Both the position numbers and the translations under genes were made by a program. From the NCBI GenBank assembly GCA_964636865.1, contig CAZWVJ010000008.1:862-64861 (forward strand): a stretch of DNA of 64,000 nt. Direction: 5' to 3'. This DNA is from an uncultured Syntrophomonadaceae bacterium (GTDB lineage Bacteria; Bacillota; Dethiobacteria; DTU022; PWGO01). This document shows positions 57,325-64,000 of this stretch, piece by piece. Every line of letters begins with the position of its first letter. Within the stretch, counting starts at the first letter, position 1. The notes under the pieces are model-generated. The model saw nothing but the letters and a program-made list of their open reading frames with translations. It was not told the DNA's origin and did not search any database.

Positions 57325-58587
57325 ATGCGAAAAAAAATTTCTGAAAGATTAAGTGTTTTAACAGGAGGAAAAGCTCACAGAATAAAAAAACGATTAAGCA
57401 GGTATATTCTTTTTGTTTTAATAGTATTTTTAATTATAATCGGAACCGATTTTTATTCTTTGCTTATTATAGGAGCCCTGGTAGTAGGGGGTATAATGTT
57501 AAATATTTACCTGAGTCGAATTAATGCCGGATTGCTTTCCCCTAAATCAAATGTAGCTTACAATACGAATTTAAAAGAAAACAACAAACCTCGTAAAAAA
57601 ATCTACCGGGATGGCTCAGGTCACTGGCGCATTATAAAGAACGAGGCAAAAAAATTTAATATTTTGCATTTGAGTGATCTACATATAGGCAATAGTTTTA
57701 TTAGTTTTAAAAGGGACAGAATGGCCTTCCGGGCTATAAGGCAGTTAATAAATCACGCTCAGCCGGATTTGATAGTGGTAAGTGGTGATGTGGCATATCC
57801 CGTTCCATTCTTATCGGGAAGCGGAAATAATTTGCAGGCAACCAGGCTCTTTGCCGGTTTTATGGAATCTTTCGAGATACCCTGGACAGTTACTTTTGGG
57901 AACCATGATGAGGAGGTATGTTCATGGTATCCTCTGGAAAAGTTGTGTGAGGTTTATGAAGATAGCAGGAACTGTTTGTTTCAGAGAGGTCCGGAAAATG
58001 TAACAGGTTTGAGCAATCATTTTATCAATATTGCAAACCCTGATGGAACTTTGAATACTTCCCTGGTGATGTTCGATTCCCACTCTTATATTCACCCCTT
58101 TTGGGTGCTTCATTACGATTATATCCGTGAAGACCAGGTTAATTGGTACGAGGAACAATTGAAGACAATTTCAACCCATTACAAATTAAACAGCCTGCCT
58201 TCTTCCCTCGCTTTTTTCCATATTCCCCTTAATGAATTTGATGATGCTTGGGAATTATATCAAAGGGATAATCAGAGCTCTGAAGTGAATTATTTTTACG
58301 GCCATAAAGTAGAAAAAGTTTCTGCCCCTCTCTACCGCAGTTCCCTTTTTAGCAAAATGATAGAATTAGGAAGTACAAAAGGCGTGTTTGTGGGGCATGA
58401 TCACTACAACGATTTTTCTATTACCTACCGTGGTATCAGGCTTACATATGGAAAATCAATAGATTATTTGGCCTATATTGGAATTGTCCATTCCTCCCGG
58501 CAAAGAGGAGGAACTTTAATTGAAATTGATGAAAATGCAAATTTTGAGGTTACCCCTTTGTCTCTCTCGAGTATAGAAATAGATTAA
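57325..58587 (+). CDS. membrane-anchored calcineurin-like metallophosphoesterase
   Basis: Two N-terminal TM helices, then HLSDLHIG, SGDVAYP, GNHDEE, FFHIPL and GHDHYND. Confidence 0.8.
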   Translation: MRKKISERLSVLTGGKAHRIKKRLSRYILFVLIVFLIIIGTDFYSLLIIGALVVGGIMLNIYLSRINAGLLSPKSNVAYNTNLKENNKPRKKIYRDGSGHWRIIKNEAKKFNILHLSDLHIGNSFISFKRDRMAFRAIRQLINHAQPDLIVVSGDVAYPVPFLSGSGNNLQATRLFAGFMESFEIPWTVTFGNHDEEVCSWYPLEKLCEVYEDSRNCLFQRGPENVTGLSNHFINIANPDGTLNTSLVMFDSHSYIHPFWVLHYDYIREDQVNWYEEQLKTISTHYKLNSLPSSLAFFHIPLNEFDDAWELYQRDNQSSEVNYFYGHKVEKVSAPLYRSSLFSKMIELGSTKGVFVGHDHYNDFSITYRGIRLTYGKSIDYLAYIGIVHSSRQRGGTLIEIDENANFEVTPLSLSSIEID

Positions 58588-58853
58588 AAAAAGGTGCAAA
58601 TAATTCTGCATTCATATCATTCCTTTTTTAGCATTTTTTTGTGAGTATGAAAATCTTATTTGGGATAATAAATTGAAGGAGGATTTATTTTTTATTTATA
58701 GAAATTTAAAATGAAAACGTTTGCATAGTTGCGAATGAAATTAGATAGGATATGTTATTTGTCTCCGGGTCTTTGTCTTTAGTTTGGCAACTCCGGAAGT
58801 GAAGAAAATTGTTCGAGGCAGTTTTCTTTGATTAAAGAAATAGGGGGAAGAAA

Positions 58854-59894
58854 ATGCGGAAACTGCGTTTGGGCATTATCGGTTGTGGAGAAATAACCAG
58901 GTTTATGAGCGTTTTTGCCAAATTGAATAAGAATATTCAAGTTGTAGGTTTTTATGCTCGCAATATTGAAAAAGCCCGCCGCTATGCTTCCTATTTTAGA
59001 AATGCTTCTGCTTATGATGATTATGTTGAAATGGCTCGTAATTTACAAATGGATGCTGTATACATAGCCCTTCCCCATCATCTTCATTTCCCGGTAATGC
59101 AGGAATATATTACCAGAGGAATCCATGTTCTGTGCGAAAAACCGGCAGCACGCCACTTCACAGAAGCGAATGAGGCCTTGAATTTAGCTCGGGAGTGCAA
59201 AGTTAAAATCGGTGTTAACTATCAATACCGCTATGATAAAGCTTGTTACCGAATGGCCAAAGCATCTCGAAATGGTGACCTTGGGAAATTGCATTATGGG
59301 ATTTGCAATATACCATGGTCCCGGAGCAACGAATATTTTCAAAAAAGCCAATGGCATGCCCAATGGGAAAAATCAGGAGGTGGCACCCTAATTACCCATG
59401 GTTCTCACGGCCTTGATTTGTTGTTGTGGTCTTTTGGGTTAACTCCTGTTCAAGCGGCAGGTTTTAGTTCCCAACAGAAATTTTTCCATACTGAAGTAGA
59501 AGATCTGTGCATGGGAATTTTGGAACTTGAAAATGGTTCCCTTCTTCAGGTTACCAGTTCCATGGTAGCGATGCCGGAACAGCCTGCCATGGTGAAAATT
59601 TACGGATCGAAAGGGACTGCCATATGCACTTTCCGGGAGCTCTTTTCCAGTGTGAATTTTATTAAAACTTCCGTGCCGAATTATACTCCCGAAGTCCGGG
59701 GTGTTCATGCCATGGGAAGAAGTTTGGAGGCTTTTAGGCAATGGGTGGTTAAAGGTAAACCATATTATTGTTCCCTGGAGAATGTTGCCGGTGTGCTGGC
59801 GTCAATAGAAGCTATTTATGAAAGTAGCCATAGCCAGGTTAAAACTGAAGTTAGAAAAGGAGATTTTGATAACTACGGGGGAGAAATATTGTGA
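58854..59894 (+). CDS. Gfo/Idh/MocA family oxidoreductase
   Basis: LRLGIIGCGEI Rossmann start and the EKP motif (VLCEKPAA). Confidence 0.85.
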   Translation: MRKLRLGIIGCGEITRFMSVFAKLNKNIQVVGFYARNIEKARRYASYFRNASAYDDYVEMARNLQMDAVYIALPHHLHFPVMQEYITRGIHVLCEKPAARHFTEANEALNLARECKVKIGVNYQYRYDKACYRMAKASRNGDLGKLHYGICNIPWSRSNEYFQKSQWHAQWEKSGGGTLITHGSHGLDLLLWSFGLTPVQAAGFSSQQKFFHTEVEDLCMGILELENGSLLQVTSSMVAMPEQPAMVKIYGSKGTAICTFRELFSSVNFIKTSVPNYTPEVRGVHAMGRSLEAFRQWVVKGKPYYCSLENVAGVLASIEAIYESSHSQVKTEVRKGDFDNYGGEIL

Positions 59895-60883
59895 CTACCA
59901 TTAAAGACGTGGCTGAAAAAGCAGGAGTTTCTATCAGCACTGTGTCACGGACTTTAACAAGCAGTGCGCCGGTAATGGAAAAAACTCGTCAGAAGGTTTT
60001 GGAGGCGATAGCAGAACTTAACTACCAACCCAATACCGTTGCTCGAGGACTAAAAGTGGGTCGCTCCAAAACTTTGGGATTAATCATTCCAAATTATCAA
60101 AGCCTGGTGTTTCCTAATGCCATTAAGGGAATTACCGATGCTCTGGATGATTTTGGATACAACCTGGTTTTGGGAGATACCTATGATAACCTTGAACGTG
60201 AAGAACAATTAATTGAAGGACTGCGCATGCGCATGGTAGACGGGTTGATATGTTCCACTGCTACAGGAGCTAGCACGCACCTTTTACAATTAAAAGAAGA
60301 AGGTTTTCCTGTAGTTTTACTTTTAAGACATTTAAATGAAGATATTGATGCCGTAATTGCGGATAATTACCAGGGTGGTTTTGTAGGAGGCAAGTATTTA
60401 TTAAGTAAAGGTTTTACACGAATTGGGTTTATCAATGGTTCCCTGGATTTAGACCTATACAGACAGCGGTATAGTGGTTTTCAAAACGCGTTTTTTGCTA
60501 AAGGTATAGAGCAAGATCAAAAGCTGGTGACGCATGGTCACAAAGGTTGGCAAGGAGGTTATTATGCCATGATGAAATTATTAAATCAAAAACCGCTTCC
60601 GGAAGCGGTTTTTGCCACCAGTGATCCCAAGGCATTTGGAGCGATAAAGGCTATTCATGAATCCGGCTTGCAAATCCCGCAGGACATTTCTGTAGTGGGT
60701 TATGACAACCTGGAATTTTCGCAATTAATCAATCCTCCCTTAACCACTATCGGCCAGCCTTTTTATGATATGGGTAGAATGGCTGCCCATAAGATATTGG
60801 AATTAATCAACCGGGATAGCCGGAAGGAAGCCATGGTGCATAAATTTCCGGTGAAACTGATTGAACGTGATTCTGTAAAATAA
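59891..60883 (+). CDS. LacI family transcriptional regulator
   Basis: N-terminal HTH TIKDVAEKAGVSISTVSRTL and YQPNTVARGLK, followed by a periplasmic-binding-like sugar domain. The GTG start overlaps the upstream stop (GTGA). Confidence 0.9.
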   Translation: MTTIKDVAEKAGVSISTVSRTLTSSAPVMEKTRQKVLEAIAELNYQPNTVARGLKVGRSKTLGLIIPNYQSLVFPNAIKGITDALDDFGYNLVLGDTYDNLEREEQLIEGLRMRMVDGLICSTATGASTHLLQLKEEGFPVVLLLRHLNEDIDAVIADNYQGGFVGGKYLLSKGFTRIGFINGSLDLDLYRQRYSGFQNAFFAKGIEQDQKLVTHGHKGWQGGYYAMMKLLNQKPLPEAVFATSDPKAFGAIKAIHESGLQIPQDISVVGYDNLEFSQLINPPLTTIGQPFYDMGRMAAHKILELINRDSRKEAMVHKFPVKLIERDSVK

Positions 60884-60957
60884 AAATAAGTTAAGTATAA
60901 TATTATTTCGTAAGAACGAAAAATTGCAAGGATACTTTTAAGGAGGGGTGATAGAGT

Positions 60958-62052
60958 TTGAGTTCAACAAAATCCATGGTTTTAACGGAATTTAATGCTC
61001 CTTTAGAAAAGTGGGAATATCCGCTTCCTGAACCGGCAAAAGGTCAATTGCTGGTGAAAATAGCTGCCGCCGGTGTGTGCGGTTCGGATGCCCATATGTG
61101 GAGAGGGAAAGATCCTCGCACTCCTTTGCCTATAATTTTGGGCCACGAAGGAGTGGGATGGGTTGCCGGTATTAAGGGTGATAAAGAGTCAGTGGAAGGA
61201 CAAAAAATCAGGGAGGGGGATCTTATTCTCTGGCACAGGGGGATCAGCTGTGATCGCTGTTATTATTGTAAAATAATTAAAGAACCTGCGCTATGTTCGA
61301 ATAGACTGGTGTATGGTATCAACCGAGGGTGCAAGGAGCCTCCTCATCTGAGAGGGGGGTATTCCGGCCACATTCTTCTTGATGAATCTACCAGCGTGTT
61401 TAGCCTCCCTCCCCACATAGATCCGGCAGTAGTTGTAGGCGCTACTTGCTCTGGTTCTACTGCTGCTCATGCTTTTGATCTGGTTTCGCCCGGGATTGGC
61501 GATACTGTGCTGGTTCAAGGTCCCGGCCCCCTTGGTTTATTTGCAATGGCTTTTGCTGCAGCTTGCGGTGCTGCTCAAATTGTGGCAATAGGTGGAACTG
61601 CCGATAGGTTAAAACTATGCCGGGATTTTGGCGCTGACATTACCCTTAACAGAAATGAGCTATCGGCAGCAGAACGACGAGAAAAAATAATGGAACTTAC
61701 TGACGGTCTTGGAGTTGACTATGCTGTGGAAGCTGCAGGTTCCAAAGAGGCGGTTAAGGAAGGGATATCACTGACGCGTCGAGGAGGGGCGTATTTGTCT
61801 GTGGGGTTTGGGGAACCAGCCGGCGGTTTAGAACTGGAAATATTCGAAGAGTTGGTCCACAAGAACTTGCATCTACAGGGAGTGTGGGTTAGTGATGTTC
61901 GCCACACTTATATGGCGCTCCAACTCATCAGGGGAAAGATGGATACATTTGCCAAAATGATCACTCATCGCCTTCCCCTGGAAAGTGCAACAGAAGGGAT
62001 GGAATTAATGGAGAAAAAGGAAGCGGTCAAGGTGGCTTTAATTCCGGAGTAA
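60958..62052 (+). CDS. zinc-dependent medium-chain alcohol/polyol dehydrogenase
   Basis: GVCGSDAH catalytic Zn motif, GHEGVG, structural Zn CDRCYYCK...C, and the Rossmann motif VQGPGPLG. Confidence 0.85.
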   Translation: MSSTKSMVLTEFNAPLEKWEYPLPEPAKGQLLVKIAAAGVCGSDAHMWRGKDPRTPLPIILGHEGVGWVAGIKGDKESVEGQKIREGDLILWHRGISCDRCYYCKIIKEPALCSNRLVYGINRGCKEPPHLRGGYSGHILLDESTSVFSLPPHIDPAVVVGATCSGSTAAHAFDLVSPGIGDTVLVQGPGPLGLFAMAFAAACGAAQIVAIGGTADRLKLCRDFGADITLNRNELSAAERREKIMELTDGLGVDYAVEAAGSKEAVKEGISLTRRGGAYLSVGFGEPAGGLELEIFEELVHKNLHLQGVWVSDVRHTYMALQLIRGKMDTFAKMITHRLPLESATEGMELMEKKEAVKVALIPE

Positions 62053-62138
62053 AACAGGAAGTTTTGCGGATATAGATTGGTTCGAAGGAGTATTAGGAAT
62101 TCTAATCCTTAAATATCACGGAGAAAGGGAGGATTAAC

Positions 62139-63992
62139 ATGACCCAACAATTGCGTAGAGAGAAATGTGATGTTTTAGTAGTAGGTTCCGGTGGAGCCGG
62201 TTTACGTGCAGCCATAGCCGCTGATGAAAAAATTGGTAATAATGGGCGAGTGATTTTGGCTACTAAAGGAAAAATAGGATACAGTGGCGTTACTGCCGTA
62301 GCATGCTCTGACCGGATGGCTTTTCATGCTACTTTGCCTTTCACCGAACCGGCTACCGAAGATGCCTGGTTTTACCATGCGGAGGATATTTATGAAATCG
62401 GAGGCAAGGTATCCGATGCTCATCTGGCGCGTATCCTGGCTACCAAATCTGCTGAGGCCTATAACTTCCTGGATAATATCGGGGTTCCCTTTGTTAAAAA
62501 TGAGGAAGGATATCCTTATCAATTTGTTACTGACGGTTCCGATTATGCCCGAGCATGTTATACAGGACCTCGTACAGCGGTTAATATTGAAGAAAAATTG
62601 GTGGAATATTTTCAGAAAACCGGGGTAGATACTTTAGAGAACTGCGAAGTATTTCGCCTGCTGGTATCCCATGGTGAAATTTGTGGGGCTCTTGCTCTGG
62701 TAGAAGAGGAACCGGGCAATGAAGAGTTTATTGCTATTGAAACTGGTGCGGTAATTATGGCCACAGGCGGTGGCGGAGAAATTTACGCGGAGAATGTATT
62801 TCCCAGGGGTAATAGCGGTGATGCTTTTACGGCCAGTTATCTGGTGGGAGCGGAATTGGTGAATATGGAATTTATTCAAATCGGAATTGCTTCTCTGGCA
62901 ACCAAACTAAATTGTTCCGGAAGTATGATGCGTGCCATTCCTCGTTTTGTTAACGATGCAGGAGAAGAATTCGTATTTAAATATTTCCCGGAAGGAACGT
63001 CACCCATGGAAATATACGACACCATGTTCCAAAAAGGCGCCACCTGGCCCTTAACATATGAGAAAGAAACCCACAAATTTGACATAGCGGTGTATAAAGA
63101 ACGGCGTGCCGGTAGGAAGGTTTATCTAGATTATACTACCAACCCCACCGGTTTTGATTTTAATAAATTGGATCCTGACTTGCAGCGGCGTTATCAAAAT
63201 GAAATGAAGTTTGACCTTGGAAAAGAAAGAAGGGAGAATTCACCGGCAGATAGATTACAAGAGATCAACACCGAGTCGATAAAGTGGCTACAGGAAAGAG
63301 GTATTGATCCCGTAGCAGGTGATTGGGTGGAGATAGGTTCATGCAGTCAGCATTTTCAAGGAGGAATCAAGATTAATTCCAGGGGAGAGGCCTCTGTTAA
63401 GGGGTTGTATGCTGCCGGCGAATGTGCCGGGGGGCAACACGGAGCTAACCGCCCCGGAGGGAATGCACTCCTGGATGGGCAGGTTTTTGGCCGCATATGT
63501 GGTGAGCAGGCTGCATTTAAGGCCCTTAAAAAAGACTATCCTGATTCTGGTACGACCCCTGAAAATGCGTTGCAGGAAGAAATTGCCGCAGTTGATCACC
63601 ACCGGGGTTTACCGGCAAAAGAATCAAGGGAAAAAGTGCAGCAGCTAATGAGCCGGTATGCCAGCGTAGTGCGCACCGGCGAGGGATTGGATGAAGGATT
63701 GGAGCAATTGAATGAATTGTGGCTTCAGGGAGTAAGTAAAGACGAGAATGGAATAACTTATGCCCTGGAAACCAGAGCCATGTTCCCTCTGGCAGAGATG
63801 GTACTAAAAGCTGCGCGAGAAAGAGATGAGAGTCGGGGGCCTCACCTGCGCTTCCAGCGTTATGAAGATAATGTCTCCCTGCCGCATAAAGATCCGGATT
63901 GGCAAAAGTACCTGGTATTTAGGCGTGGCTCGGATGGAAACATGAAAATGGAACAGCGGGAACCTGTGAGAGACTACTATTATGAAGATTAA
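62139..63992 (+). CDS. FAD-binding flavoprotein of the fumarate reductase / succinate dehydrogenase / L-aspartate oxidase superfamily
   Basis: DVLVVGSGGAGLRAAIAA dinucleotide fold, HFQGGIKIN, GLYAAGECAGGQHGANRPGGNALLD. 617 aa. Confidence 0.8.
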   Translation: MTQQLRREKCDVLVVGSGGAGLRAAIAADEKIGNNGRVILATKGKIGYSGVTAVACSDRMAFHATLPFTEPATEDAWFYHAEDIYEIGGKVSDAHLARILATKSAEAYNFLDNIGVPFVKNEEGYPYQFVTDGSDYARACYTGPRTAVNIEEKLVEYFQKTGVDTLENCEVFRLLVSHGEICGALALVEEEPGNEEFIAIETGAVIMATGGGGEIYAENVFPRGNSGDAFTASYLVGAELVNMEFIQIGIASLATKLNCSGSMMRAIPRFVNDAGEEFVFKYFPEGTSPMEIYDTMFQKGATWPLTYEKETHKFDIAVYKERRAGRKVYLDYTTNPTGFDFNKLDPDLQRRYQNEMKFDLGKERRENSPADRLQEINTESIKWLQERGIDPVAGDWVEIGSCSQHFQGGIKINSRGEASVKGLYAAGECAGGQHGANRPGGNALLDGQVFGRICGEQAAFKALKKDYPDSGTTPENALQEEIAAVDHHRGLPAKESREKVQQLMSRYASVVRTGEGLDEGLEQLNELWLQGVSKDENGITYALETRAMFPLAEMVLKAARERDESRGPHLRFQRYEDNVSLPHKDPDWQKYLVFRRGSDGNMKMEQREPVRDYYYED

Positions 63993-64000
63993 GCTGAAAT

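Noticed and set aside
63982-64000. ATG at 63982 overlapping the end of the flavoprotein gene as the start of a next gene (MKIKLK...)
   Set aside because: Only 19 nt are visible before the window ends. That is insufficient to support a feature.

Overview
This 64-kb chromosomal segment looks like an anaerobic Firmicute of the Clostridia type. The signs are strong AGGAGG-type Shine-Dalgarno sites, frequent GTG/TTG starts, many Fe-S proteins and Wood-Ljungdahl metV-metF. I support about 50 protein-coding genes. I recognised no rRNA, tRNA, CRISPR array, transposase or integrase.

Gene order:
- a 5'-truncated ferredoxin-domain gene, then small membrane proteins, an alpha/beta hydrolase and an M28 peptidase
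- an SbcD/SbcC-like (YhaO/YhaN-type) nuclease-ATPase pair
- a PAS-GGDEF-HD-GYP signalling protein and a MORN lipoprotein
- a minimal SufC-SufB pair, then transporters and a CPBP protease
- a DUF134 regulator
- an acyl-CoA catabolic cluster: AMP-ligase, BKACE, acyl-CoA dehydrogenase, two non-canonical thiolase-like proteins, two DUF35 proteins, an amidohydrolase, an SCP2-like protein and an Fe-ADH
- DUF47-PiT phosphate uptake
- a GAF histidine kinase with a NarL-type regulator, plus an output-less double receiver
- an FdhA/NuoG-like, NuoE-like and NuoF::GltD-fusion set packed directly against metV-metF
- an SNF transporter
- a long GAPDH-like gene with a 1360-aa dikinase-like gene
- a lone 2-hydroxyacyl-CoA-dehydratase-family gene, a flavodoxin and a metallophosphoesterase
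- a LacI-linked oxidoreductase cluster

The most interesting leads:
1. The NuoEFG-like/GltD module fused to MetVF, in which the formate-dehydrogenase-like subunit has lost its catalytic Sec/Cys-His pair.
2. The AT-rich giant PPDK-like protein, which lacks the PEP/pyruvate domain.
3. The thiolase-like pair with two DUF35 partners, which looks aldolase-like (Ltp2-type).
4. Several short GC-rich intergenic repeat and inverted-repeat elements that no ORF explains.

All domain calls come from motif reading by eye. No searches were run.
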